Shown here: positions 51,101-64,000 of the stretch, piece by piece
Layout of the letters: each line of letters opens with the position of its first letter
Numbering within the stretch: the first letter of the stretch is position 1
Origin: Phoronis australis
Taxonomy: Eukaryota > Animalia > Phoronida
NCBI GenBank assembly: GCA_002633005.1
Contig: NMRA01000368.1
Location: forward strand, 304,920-368,919
Direction: 5' to 3'
Length of the DNA: 64,000 nt
Notes under the pieces: model-generated
Told to the model about the DNA's origin: nothing
Database searches by the model: none
Seen by the model: the letters and a program-made list of their open reading frames with translations, nothing else
Translations under genes and position numbers: made by a program

Positions 51101-52782
51101 GTCTGCCAAACCGCTCAAAAGGTCGTTATGACAATTGGCCCGGCGACTGCATCTCTTTAACCCACATTTTGCCTTTGTACCTCGAAAGTGTGACAATGAA
51201 TGACTCGAAGGAAACACCATTTCACTAGTTCCTATGTTCATGGTAATGAGGTGACATGAAAATGAAGAGTAATTTATTTGACTTGAACGTGCACTGTTGC
51301 ATATGCGTTGTAAACAACGTTCATTGCCCTTACAAATCGTGACATTTTTGTCACGCTTTTTATTTTTATGGCATGGCCAGTATACAGAAATAAATTTAGT
51401 TCAATCGCATATACGTGCAGATTTGCACGTGTTTAGTATGTAAGGTTCGTCAGTTCCACTGTTATGGCGCATGTATAACTATGATGCAGAAATATCCCTG
51501 CAAAAGAAAACTACAAGGCGAGTTTGTTATTTCATACCTGGACTAGTGAGATTTGAGAAATTATTACACACATTGAGCAATAAACCTTACCTTTCAGTGC
51601 ACTAGACGTCATTGTCCATGGGCCGTGAAAATAAGCGATTTAGACCACTTGCTGTTACAAAAATTGCTTCAATTTCCTGCTTCTTAAATAGATGTGATTT
51701 CTGGGCTTAGAAATAGCTGACTGTTCATCATTTCTTAAAGTCTAACTTCAACGGAATTTTGTCATTTTAGAAGTATTGGGCTAACCAGATAGGCCAAGCA
51801 AAGCCTTAGCAAAATAAGAAAACACGAATTTAACCACTCGATGTAAGGCCGTCAAATGATAGGTGAAGTTGACTTTTCGTACCATGTTTCGTCACCGCGA
51901 GTTTCCAGCACAAACAACAAAAAAGACAATAACAGTAGTATCGAAAATGGGTCTGACTAGTACAGCATTGCGTGCGGGTGTTATTCAAAGCTGTTTGAAT
52001 CAAAAAGGTGGGTTTCGCGGTGACGTAAGTAACCTTAACGGTTTATTACATTTGTTAATTTATGGCACTGGTGGGCTCAGAGCGATGCTCTTAACATATT
52101 GTAGGAAACAAATTTACGTATGTTACCGTTTAAAGTAGGCTTTAAGACCATGCAGGTTCTACAAATTGACTTGTTATATTGCGTTTCAACTTAGTCCCGT
52201 TTAGTTCGTATCCCACACGGATCATATCAACCAAATTTTATGGTTCGAAGATTATTGACTGCAACCGAGATCTTTTGATTGGCAATTCAGATCAAAATCA
52301 ATTCCCAAAAGCTAGGGCCATTAAGTACAATTTTGGCCATTGTATGTAGGTGCAGTGTTGTGTAAGTCTTTGACTTTGTATATGCGCACAACCAAGCAAA
52401 CGGCTCAAATTTTGTGGCACTATGCCTTACACAGGTTGGCAAGAAAGTTCATTAACAATCTCTGGTTGAAATGATTCTTTCTGTAATGCCTTACTCTAGA
52501 TTATCAATACAGATATTCTGTATAATGTTCGCCAACCTTTATTTCATATTCTGAATTTTTTCTTTGATACTCTTTCACTTTAATTTCTAAGTTGTTTAAG
52601 AATTGTAACTGCATGAGTTTTGAACAACCCCTTTAAGACGTGCGTCATTTGTTTTGTCCCAAGTTTGTGTCCTCTTAAAATGATTTAAAGTTATATCACG
52701 ATATCGTACAATTACTTGCACAGGCTATACTCGAATAGAGACAGTTATTTAAGAATTGGCGCTGTGACTTCAACAACTCACC

Positions 52783-55700
52783 ATGATGAAACATATGGTA
52801 AGATCCAAGTGAAATAGAGTTCACTTTTTTCATTCTAGGTAGGGTAAACAATGCAAATTTTTCATTGCACTCTATAGGAACCCGACAATACAATAGATTT
52901 CTCTGAAAATAGCTAATCAATTTATGCCATTAATGTGTACATATTGTGGGGTTGTTTGGACACGGAAACTTTCCGATTACCACATGAGGTTAGCATTGTC
53001 CCTTTGATTTCAGCTTTGCTGGTTAGCCGATGCCGGGGTGATCAATGATATTACCCAACTTGGGATTGTCCTAGGAGAGATTGAATGCCAATTCGTCCTT
53101 TTTATGTCGACCTTCGACGAAAATTTGGCTTTCTAGTTGCTATAATTAATGTATCGTTTGTTTTTTGGTCACTTGATGAGATCTCAAAATATTAACGTCA
53201 TAACCATTGTAGCCACTTTCCTAGTTCATGCAGAGAAACGGAGAAGTACTGCATTAGATGTTGTAGTTTTGTTTCGCCTTAGCAGTTTGTTCAAACCAAC
53301 AGGTGTCTTTGTGTATAGTGTGTTTATTTCTGGCGGTACACTGAATAAATCACCATTATAAGGCTTTAAATGCAACAATTTAAAATTTGTTTTTTCTTTG
53401 TATCGAAAACTAGCCAACAGCATAAATTTTGACTATGGCGTGGACTTCAAAACTACCGGATATCTACCGACAACGCAATTTTAAATGTGCCCTAGAATTG
53501 AGTGCACGTGGTTGTCAGAAAAAAACCTAGTTTGTGATAATCCTGAATATACTGGGAATGGCATAACTGCAAACTTATGATGCCAGTCTAGTCGACATCT
53601 TTCAAAACATGTTCAAGGTTTAACATGATTTGCTCTCCCGTTCACTTACACAGGAAACGCACGTGAATTGGTTTCTTTGTTTCCACTTTGCAATTTTTGT
53701 GGTTCTTTTAATTTGCAAAACGTTCAACCTGTTACGGTTTGAAATTTCTCTCCTTTTCATTATTAAACTATTCACTTAATTAAACCTATTTATAAGTTCA
53801 ATAACCACGATTTTCGATTGATATGTCGGCTCATTAGAGGGTAACGTATTTGTGCCATGTACGTAGCTCTGTTCAAATACAGTCGTATAACAACCCCCCG
53901 CCATCAATTTCAGCTCCTTATACCCAATTTCTCCACTCCCCTCCATCGCTACCACCCATTCCCTTGGGGATGTCGTCACCACGTAGATTGATTTCAATTT
54001 GAACATATTTGATACCTTTCATTCTTGTCCTGCTTTTTTCTGTCTCACTCACATGCGCAGATAGTTGAAAGATTGATTTCTAACACAGAATAAGTCAACT
54101 TGCTGGTTGTCTCTTGCTTTTTGGTCAGTAAGCCCATTATGGGTGACAACTTTTCAAGCCTTCTTGGAACCAAACCTGAATTTACAAATCCTTGCGAATA
54201 AGTAGAATAGCCTAAAATATTCTGTAAACACATTATACGTATGTCACACTCTATTTCCGGTTTTGGCACCGGGATTTTCCGAAGATAAGCCCATCCGATG
54301 AAAAACCAATTGGCTTTTATTCGAAAAATTATGCCGAATGAACGCCCATGGGTGTTTATTTGGTGTTACAACTTCTAGTGTCACGTTTCCAGAAGTAGTT
54401 GGGCGTTTGTTCAGAAAATTTCTTCTTAAAAGCCCACACAGCGTCAACTTTGTGTCTCAAATTCAATTTTGTGGAACATTTATCATTTACAAACACGAAC
54501 AAGGTATTGGCGACCTATGCATTTATTTACATAAAAGTTGAAGTAAACAATGTCGAAGTCAGCAAAACTATGACTTTCCGTTTACAAGCTCCTCTTTTCC
54601 GGTAACTATGGTTCAGAACTATACGCAATATAATGGTCGATCTTTGACTCTACTTCCAGAGGCTGTTGGTAGCTGTAAGTCTGCTGTTAGTCGTTTACGT
54701 GCGCGCAGACGACATAGAAAAGCAAGAAGCAGGCGAAAACAGCGAAGCCCAGGAGCTTAAGAGAGGGGCAGACGTACTAACTTTCGCTGATGAAGAAACA
54801 CCGGAAGTTGTTAGGGAAGTGGAAAGGGCTAACGATGGAGGCCAAGACAAAAGCATAGAACAAGGAGTTGAAGCGACTAGGCGACAAAGTTCCCGATATA
54901 AATATGATTATTGCAATAACTGCAAAAAAGTTGAACACGTTCATCCTAAGGGTCCTTACTATGGTGGAAGTGGCTACAGCAGGTGTTACCTTCCTTGGTC
55001 AAACACACTCAGGTCGTCCATGTGCTGGGAGACCGGGTAAGTAAATAAAAATATTGCCCACAGAGCAAAGTCATTTAATGATTCGTTACAAAACAATCCC
55101 AAGTCTTCATAGAAAGTCACCGAAGTAGTGTTTCTAAGTTAAGTGTCATCTTTTTACAATATTCTAGCATTAATTTGTCAAATCTATCCAGAAACTAATA
55201 CGTTTAAAAGTAACAATGAGCAGGTGTGAGATCAGTGCTTTTGTTCTAAATTAGGTTTCGGGGTCTAGTCTTTGTACTCGAACTCGAAAATATTTCTGGT
55301 ATTTTGTATTTTGCTTTTTGCGAACTCAGCATAAGTGCCTATTAGCATATGGGTTTCTAATACAAGTTTGATGACTCTTATATTCGCGTTACAAACTCGA
55401 GATTTCAGGTAAATACTGATAATTTCGAGTTCAAAATCGAACTTTTGGTCTTCATGCTGGGGTCATCAATATCAAACTAGGATTGAAAAGATACAAAGCA
55501 TACAATAATTCACACTTATCTTGAGTTCGCACAAAAGAAGAGTACAAAATTCCAAAAATAATGTCGAGTTTGAGTTCAAGTAAAAAGATTAGACCACGCG
55601 TCCAAATCTGTGATTTTGTATTCTAGACATCTTTGCCTCGCCTACTGTACCAAAAGATACTACGGAAGATGCTACACGACGTTTAAGTGGGTTAACGTTG

Positions 55701-55801
55701 TCGTAAACTGCTATTATCGCTTCAATAAAAAGCTTCCTAAAACAGTCAGGAGAAGGATATGGTTGAAAGTTCGTTGCTGCAGTTGTCGTTATCCACCCTA
55801 A
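52783..55801 (+). CDS. Secreted prepro-protein (188 aa): signal peptide, acidic pro-region, RR site, and a cationic Cys/Tyr-rich mature domain resembling a cystine knot
   Basis: Exons 52783-52797 (MMKHM|GTAAGA, least certain), 54660-55036 and 55627-55801 join in phase. Signal MMKHMRLLVAVSLLLVVYVRA. AATAAA at 55872. Confidence 0.75.
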
Positions 55802-56784
55802 CATTGCTACAACGTTCAGAGAACACAGTTAAAATGTAACTGCTTCTCATTTGAAATGTATTTTTGACGCAAATAAATACTTGCTTGTGTCTTAAAGGGT
55901 CTTTTGCATTACGGAGTTAGTACAGTCTATTAATTACATTCTTTCTCGATCACGAGTTTCAGTGCCAGTGCGAAGGGTGGTTTGGAACTGGCTAAATTTG
56001 ACACGGTACTAAAGTTGGTACTCTCGAAAAGACCGGACCAGCGAGCAAACAAAGTTGGTTCGATTGCGTAAGCACCATGCGAAAAGTTTTTAAACCAACT
56101 AAAATTGGCCCAGACTATTTTGTTCGACCGTCTTAACTTATCTTCCCACTTCACGCGAGTGCAGAGTTCTTCCCGCCAGGATACTGATAATGCCCGTCGA
56201 AAAGCCAGAGATTTGTCACGATTTCTGAGGCATGTAGGTTGGTGAGTGATGCTTTTCGATACATGACCTAAAACTTAATTGTCAATGGTTTTTGCGTCTC
56301 ATATTTACTAACTGACTTTTAATAGGCAATTGCCATGGTTTGTATTGGCACACCTTTTCAGTCTTACGCAAAATTTCAAATTGTTGCATTGGTGAGTGTT
56401 GCCTTTGCTGGAGTGTTTTGTTTCTTAACACTGACGGACTTACTTTTTCCAGCGTTGCCCGACAATGTCCGCTGAGCCGCAGACAATAATTCTGGGGAGC
56501 GTGCAGTAACCTTAGTGTCTTGCTAAAGAGCAAGACAACCGACGCGCGTTTTCGACGAGACCACGAGACTTTGTCATTAATAACACGCACTCCCCAACTG
56601 AACAGCAACTGCTTAATTAACGAAAAATTACGTCCAAATGGAGTAAAATAACTTTCAATTCAACTTGCCGGTCGGGCAAGAAACTTGAACTTTCACTTGT
56701 CACGGTGCCAAAAGTTACCTGCTCAGTGTCTGGCAGTCGGGCAACCGTCAAGCCCTGTATAAGAGCGACTGGTTTTAAACCGAC

Positions 56785-56940
56785 CAGTGCTGTAGTGGGG
56801 CGTAGGCACACGTAGGCGCAGCCAACCACCTTTTGGCATTTGAACGTAGCGCCTACGCACCGTAAGTTAAGTTCAGTGCTCGAGGTGATATGGTGGGCTC
56901 TGGGCGCCTACAAACCTCTAATTTTACCACTACAGCACTG
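56785..56940. mobile_element. 156-bp MITE with 14-bp terminal inverted repeats (hAT-like)
   Basis: CAGTGCTGTAGTGG ... CCACTACAGCACTG perfect inverted ends; the flanking 8-mers match only partly. Confidence 0.75.
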
Positions 56941-57463
56941 ACGCCGGCGGATCCGATGGGAACAAAGTATTTGTGAAGACTGCTATCCCTCGAACCACTT
57001 GCGCACTGCACTGCATTGGACAAACGTAAGAAAAGTAGTTAAGGCGCGAAATTAGGGTGTTACGCTCAACAAAACATGCTAACAAGTAAAATTAGAAAAT
57101 TTATGCTGCAGAAGTAAAGGATAATGCATGCTAACATTCAAGGACAAAAATCAAAAGTTCATCTCCCAGTTGAAACTAGAGTTTATGAAAATACCCGCTG
57201 TGTTCCGAATGGAGATGCTTTTCCCGAGGTCGAACAGGGTCTCCCGTTCCATTTGAAATACCTTGAGCAATTTTGTGGCTCCAAATTATCCTAGCTGTTT
57301 TGCATCTCTGCATGCGCGAACGTCATATTAGCGAGTCAAAATGGAGAATCCTGTCGAGCTGGGATATTATGTCTGTGATGCATAATTTGCGACACTAGTT
57401 TCCATGAACAATTCGGTGACTGTCTGTGACTTGCAATATTTAATAGTAAGAGCGTAGGGAAAT

Positions 57464-57652
57464 GTTGAGTTTATTAATTAACCCCGTTAATTAAAATTAT
57501 ACGGATGAAAAAAGATTTAAATGTGTGCAGCTTTAGTGTTGGGGGGGCACAAATCCAATTTCAAGTGTCAAATTCGGAACACGGCGCATTCGTAATGGAA
57601 CTATGGCTAAGTATAGGCTTTCCCGCAATATCCCAGGCGACCGGCAGTGGCG
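57464..57652 (+). repeat. Dispersed repeat shared with about 50136-50316
   Basis: Both copies contain TTGAGTTTATTAATTAACCCC, CTATGGCTAAGTA and ATATCCCAGGCGACCGGCAGTGG in the same order. Confidence 0.7.
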
Positions 57653-59964
57653 CTGCGCACTACGACCCCGTTTCCGTCGTCTGCTCCACTGTGCAATGAA
57701 GAAAATTTACTTCATTTTTTAAAGAAAATGGAACCTGAGTGACGATGAAAAAACAGAAGCTGCTGGTAAGATGTGAATTTCAATCGAAGCCTTAGTGAAT
57801 CACTCAGAAACTCGCAATACTCTCTTTGCCAAACCTTATCTTAAGACGATTTCCAAAGCAATCCNCTTTTTTTTCTTGGATAATACTTCAGGAATCAAGG
57901 AAAATGCTTGATTTTTAGAGGTAAAAACAGAAAAATTTCCTCCCCCCATTCGATGCTATGCACATCTACAATCAATTGTGGTTCACTTTACGCAAATGCT
58001 TGCAGCCGGACAAAATGTTGGGCCCCCCCCTTGTGATATCCTAGATCCGCCACTGTGTTATTACATGCATGGTCTTAAAGTTAAAACAACGATAATGAAA
58101 ATGCACTTTGTGTTAAGAAAATTATGAAAGACACATATTTACAGTTAATTAAGATAAAGCAAGCTCCAACCATAGACTACAAGTGGAAGTGGGTAGACAC
58201 GAGATAGTGGAATGTTATAACAGATTATATTTGATTTGCAATGATGGTCTTGTAGAAGATGAATACCACTTCCTGTTGATTTGCAAGGGATATTGTGAAC
58301 TCAGGTCACGTTTTATAAAAGCGATATCAGGTCATTTATTATGACTAGTACAATTACAATATAATGAACACAGGTAAATAACGTATAATTGTAATCTCTG
58401 GTAAGATGGGCAATAAAAAAGCGCCGGCCACGTGGACGTACGAAAGAATGACGAAAACTGGGAGGTAGAGTGTGGGAAAATTGAATAAGTTTTTGAACGT
58501 ACGACAATGTGGCTGGAACAAAGATGAACTGAAAGCGAGGTTACCATAACAAAGAAAACACCCCTAAGGACACGTGACAATCATCAGCCTATAAGAGCCA
58601 AGAGCTGACCAAACTCGAGGCACGTGATAACAACAGACCAATACGAAGGCTGCGAAAACGACGTGTAGTCCTACACAGAGGAATAATGGAATAGACCGAA
58701 ATGATGGGGGAAAGGAGTAAGACTGGTCCATATGCTCACATAAATATATTTAACGAGTGAAATACCATTTATGATCGGCATATGTGCCGAATAATAGATA
58801 AATGATACGTGCGTCAAATGAGGGGGGAAGGAGTAAGACGGGTCCATATGCTCACACAAATATATTTAACGAGTGAAATACCGTTTATGATCGACATATG
58901 ACCCGATCAATGATAGATAAATGATACGTCCGTCGCAAGCTCGTTACCAGAGATATAAGGTAATTTATTATGTGCCTTTAATACAAATAAAGGATGATTG
59001 TCAAAAAAATAAGCACACAGATAGGACTCGGGAACAAGTGTTCAGCCAAGTGGGTAAAAAGATAGCTGACTACTGAGCATCCAATGCATAAGACCTCTGA
59101 TTCCATAAATCTGCAGAAGCAAATAAATAAAGCTTTGATAAAGGAAACGTTGAAAGATCAGTTGGTTACTTCCAGGCAACTCTGGTGTTCTTCATATCAA
59201 TCAACACAGAAGCAAAAAAGTCACCGCAGAGAGGATATTCATAATGAGTTTCTGTTGGGTTGGAAAGCAGTTTAGGAGCCTGTTTCATCAGGCTGTTCAC
59301 GCTGTGGTTATAATGTGCTGTCTAACTAAGATGATGTCAATGTACTAGTCGACGCCAATTGGCCAAGAAGATGAGGGGTTTCCATTGGGGTTGTATAATA
59401 CCAGGGAGACATAAAATGAATTTTGGTTAATTAGTGGTTGTGTGGAATAAAACGGAACAGAATGATGTTGCAGAAAAGTACGTGTTACGTGTCTAAAAGA
59501 CAGTTCGCTCATTCTATCCCGACTTGAAGTGCCATCATTTTCGGGGTTTATTTTTTTGATGACTTAGAGGCCTCTAATATGATGCCAAAATCACTACTTT
59601 CACACCTAAAATACGTTTATTGATGAAAAACATCAAAATACGGAGTCGTAACATACCCCAGTTGTTAAATAAGTAGGCCTCTGAAAGTACAGTAGCCCCA
59701 TCGCAAACCCCATTTAGCGCCAAAAAAAAACTTGAGATGGCGCTTGCACTAATCGAAGTCTATGACATCATCGTTACTTGGCTTTCATCGGGTCTCCATC
59801 GTATTGGAATGAACGACGACTGGTAGTTTAATTTAGAGCAAAATACGTGGAAATCAAGGGAACACGTTAATTTTTCTTCGAACTGATAACAGCTACAGGG
59901 AAGTCAAATTAGTACATCGCAAATATCATTGGACACTGCTCTCAGTTAGGCGAGCCCTTTTTCT

Positions 59965-60046
59965 TATAAATGCGGAAACTACTCGCTTGACAGCTTCATT
60001 GTGGTTGTTCAGGATAGCGAAAAACGAAGGTGATCGGTTAATGTGG
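59965..60046 (+). promoter_or_regulatory. TATA box and probable non-coding exon 1 of the FAMeT-domain gene
   Basis: TATAAA at 59965-59970 and donor G|GTAAGT after 60046. The next acceptor (TTCCAG) at 61967 precedes the ATG. Confidence 0.5.
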
Positions 60047-61979
60047 GTAAGTTATTTCGAAAACTATGAACATGTTTAAAAGTAAGAACGTGAGAAAAAT
60101 ACAATATACCACTGGTTGTGACGAAATGAAATCTTGGTGCTTCAAGGTCTTGTGTACGACTCAAAAGGAATAGAGTTTTGGAAAGGAATGGTCAAATCAT
60201 TTCTTAATTCGTTTCGTCCAATGTGTCGAAATAGTTCCAGGCTGAGTGTATAACATGGTTGCAGACTGCGTGTATAACATGGAGCTCTAAAATACCTGAG
60301 AATTTTTTTGGCTCTCATTAATGACACATTTTACACGAACTCACGATTTTGTCATTTTTTGTGACATTCATTGATAATTTATACGAACTTTAAACTCGGG
60401 AAATTTCTACTTAATCAATTATAAGGTAGAAAACGTCAAAGTAAAATTACAAGCTGAAAGTATTCACGAAACCCTCGCACTCCAAGGTCTACGGACTATA
60501 TTGACCGTTGATCTCTCGATTACATTTCGTCCGACGCAACTTTAGAAGTAAACTGATTTTTTCTAAGCAATGAAATAAGGTTGTGTGGGTTCTTGTGACT
60601 GCAAAGCGGGGCCATGGTCCTGTTTTTAAGGGTGCGTCCCAATTGTAACAGCTTCCAATGGTGAATCAGGCAATAAATGTGTAAATTTGTATCATTTAAC
60701 TTTTACATCAAATCGGATCAAACATGGATCATCTTGGGACCCCTCAGTTGTGGGCCCCCTGGCAAGTGCTTAATGGGCGCTGTGACTAAGATCACACTGA
60801 TCCGCATAACGTTATGTAATAACACTCGTCAGTTCGTACTAATTCATTTTCTACGCACCGTAGTTCTTGAATGCATCATGAAACTACTTTTTGTGATGGT
60901 CTAATTCTTTTGTCTTTTGATTATTTGTACCCTTGAATAGTTAAGAAATTCTTTTAATTCCACTGTAGAAAATGGACCATATACAATCCCTACCCTTGAT
61001 ACTTCTTAAATCGTTACATTCTATGTTAACATTCATTATACATTATCATTGAAAACGATCAACCCCACTGTCAATTTTTCTTTACACACGTGACAATTGA
61101 TTTCTGGTTTTGCAAATAACGGAGACGCCGAGCAATCCAAGTTGTAGAGAATCTGGTCTCAAGCAATAACGAACTGCCAAAGGAACAACTCGGTCGGTCT
61201 GTGTGCTGTTTCAACATTCAGTTTGAAATTGGAGCTGCGAAACATGGATTACCTACTCAAAATTCAATATTCTATTTCCAATTTGAAATTGCAGAGTCTA
61301 AATCAAAAGTTTGTTTTTGTGATGGAAGGCGGGTTTGTTACTGTTTTAATTAATGCCGGTCGTAAGAATCGCAGCAGGCCTATTTTGTTTTAACAAAGGT
61401 TTGTTAAATTTCCGGTCTTGCAATTTGAGTAGAAAATGCGCATTGGTTCATCCACAGCGGGTGAAGTTCTTGACGGGTAAAACTATAAATCAAAAACAGA
61501 GATGTTCATTGAATTCAATTACTCTGCCCGAAACGGCTTAGCGTATCTGGACCTCGCCTGTACATTAGCAGGTGTAGAAGTCATTGTATATGACACCGAG
61601 ATCCATGTAATGACGCCATAAGTGATCTTATGCATAACTGTTCCACTATGCTACATGTAATCTTAGGTACCTTGATTTCAACTCATGTCCCAGAGCTAGT
61701 TGGTGGGCTAGCGGCCAGATTTCATATACTGGGAGAGAGTTGGTCGGGCAGTTTGATTCATGTCGGTAAGGAAACTTCATTTTATACTTAACGCTGGCTA
61801 ACGTAGTGAATCGGGCAGGGTTCACCACTCCTCACGACCAGGATGTGGATAAGACGTAGTCTCTTGCACTTTGTGAAGACACCTTCCCGGTGTTATTAGT
61901 TCCGTTTAGGTGAAACTATTGGTCTTTAAATGGAGTTACAAGTGAATCTTTACCCGTCTCATTCCAGAATTGCTTTACC

Positions 61980-62899
61980 ATGTGGGTTGCATATCTAGTG
62001 ACGATGACATTGGCGATTGGTCAGTGTGTCTTCGGTAAGTAGTAAAATAGATCTAGAACCTTTGGTTTAATGGTTGTAACAAGAAAAGAAAGATCCGGTT
62101 CCCGCTAGCTTCTCGCGAGTGGGAGTAAATGAGATCACATGCTAGTTTCGCTTGCAATGCATGCCAATATCTCGTCGAATGCGGCAGGATCTCGCCAAGC
62201 TCGCAAAAAGCTAAAACTAATGTCAGTTAAATCCTGACAGAATATGTACCGAGATGTAGGTCTGATTGTGCTGGTGGTGCATATTCAATGTTGACTGTAG
62301 GGATTTTTATCACCTGGCAAGTACATAAGTAAGTAAGTAAGTAAGTGGGTAGGTAAGTAGGTAAGTAAGTAAGTAAGTAAGTAAAACCTTTATTTTAAAT
62401 CGTTGTGGGTAGATACAATAAAGAAACATTATTTAGCACAAGTGCTAGTTACCGATAGAAAATACATGTGTGGACAATAAATTATTTACAGAGAGGTATG
62501 GAAGAATATATACAGAAAGAACATACAAAACTATGACTTCTAAGTTGCTGATAAAAAAACTCTTTCAAATCGTATCTTTTTATTTTAGGACAAGAATACC
62601 AAGTATTAAACACTGCCAACCGATATCATTACGTACCGGTCACGTATAACTTCAACAACAGTCACTATGCGGAATTTGATGTTAAGGCTTGTAATGACGC
62701 CCACATCAATTTAATGGCTGATGTCGACAGAGACCTACAAAGAACATACGAGATTGTGATTGGAGGATGGCAAAATTCGAAGTCTGTTATTCGAAAGGAA
62801 AAACAAGAGCGCCCTCCACGAGCTCAAAAGATTGGACGCTACTTGGACTGCCATCGTTTCAAACGATTTTGGATTTCGTGGAGTCGTCACACCATAAAG
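61980..62899 (+). CDS. Secreted protein with a farnesoic acid O-methyltransferase-like (Methyltransf_FA) domain; 5' part only
   Basis: Exon 61980-62034 encodes the signal peptide MWVAYLVTMTLAIGQCVF(G). Exon 62589-62899 contains FDVKACNDAHINL, YEIVIGGWQNSKSVIR and LDCHRFKRFWISW, all hallmark motifs of this domain. It ends at the donor AAG|GTAATG. Confidence 0.88.
62327..62384. repeat. (AAGT)n tetranucleotide microsatellite, imperfect
   Basis: Seen directly. Confidence 0.9.
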
Positions 62900-64000
62900 G
62901 TAATGCATATTTTCCTTTAAGCAAAAAGATAAAATACAAGTCATTATTCAGCCAGTAGCAGATTTAACAGATTAAACAGCGATAAAATACCGCTTTTAAT
63001 CAAAGGCAATTGCATTTAGTTACTACGTAAGAGGAACAATTCAATCCTGCACTCGTCAATTTCTGTTGGCGTTTTCGGGGTGTAAATTAAGCTGTCGTCA
63101 ACATCCTCTCCCTGACGGTGCTTTTCTACTTTCCCACGTCGTCTTCAAATGTGCGCTCGCTGTCTCATTTACCCATTCAAAACTGAATCTTCAAATTTCT
63201 CTCGAGTTGGCCTCGGCCTCTGTGGCTGTGTCACCATCGATACTCGTAAAAGAATCGAGACTCCGTCTTATCTCGCGGCCTCTCCCGGACAACATGAAGA
63301 GGATTCATAACTTCCGGTATTTGGTTTCATGTACATGTAGCAACGAAGATAAATTAACTTTCGTTTTTATTTCGCGCATTTCAAGTAAATTTTTGAGTTT
63401 GAAATTAACTTGCTGTGTTTTATGCAAATTAGATCGCGTATGCCACCAACACAAGTCGGATTTTTGCTACGAAACACGCCGGAACAAACTTGAAAATTGT
63501 TGTTGATCGGCCCGAATATGGCCACAGCCTTTCAACACAAAAATCGAGACTTTTGGCCCAAAGAAACGGTTGAATCAATTGGATTAATCTTTTCATCTGG
63601 TTGAATTCGCAGTCGTTTCCGGGGAAATTTAGTTTGAATTTTGTGATTTTGCAGGAATTTTTGCTCGACGTAAACGTAGTAGTTTCTCAACTGTAACTAC
63701 AGGTTTACAATACATAGTAAACCAATATGGCCAAGATTCAGCAAGAGCGAAATTTTGCCATTTTTCTTGATTGTCACAAGCTCATATGTGTTAGCGTGCA
63801 AAGTGGCGGTAAATGAAAAATATGCCAACGAAATATTTAAACTTTCTTCTTTCTATTGATGTTCATTACAATAAATCGGGGCATAAATGAATATTTTTAA
63901 AAATCGAAGTAGTGCGAGCACTTCAAACATTTTTCACTCAGTGGCAAATTCGTGACAGTTTTGGGATAAACTTTCAGCAGCTAAATGCTTGTAACTGAAC

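Noticed and set aside
28328-57865. Single N bases at 28328 and 57865
   Set aside because: They are assembly joins, and I saw no flanking duplication like the one at 9666.
63066-63506. 146-aa ORF
   Set aside because: It has a non-ATG start and no motifs, and lies in probable repeat-derived sequence within the FAMeT gene intron.

Overview
AT-rich, intron-containing animal genomic DNA, most likely from an invertebrate bilaterian (lophotrochozoan-like; the taxon cannot be fixed from the sequence alone). All gene models were built by hand from GT-AG sites and reading-phase continuity. The window contains: (1) the first coding exon of a minus-strand THAP zinc-finger gene at the left edge, with a 143-150 bp-period array of conserved motifs and variable spacers upstream; (2) an intronless minus-strand kinase-fold ORF lacking the catalytic HRD aspartate; (3) an 18-coding-exon VWA5A-like gene (VIT + vWA, about 1058 aa) with an extra motif-rich C-terminal exon, whose first exon appears twice across an assembly N; (4) a 7-exon M6/PLP proteolipid gene whose last exon is present as three tandem, intact, diverged copies; (5) a 3-exon secreted prepro-protein with a cationic, Tyr/Cys-rich, cystine-knot-like mature domain; (6) the 5' part of a secreted FAMeT-domain gene. 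MITEs, a SINE remnant and tandem repeats are also present. The most notable observation is the triplicated alternative last exon of M6.
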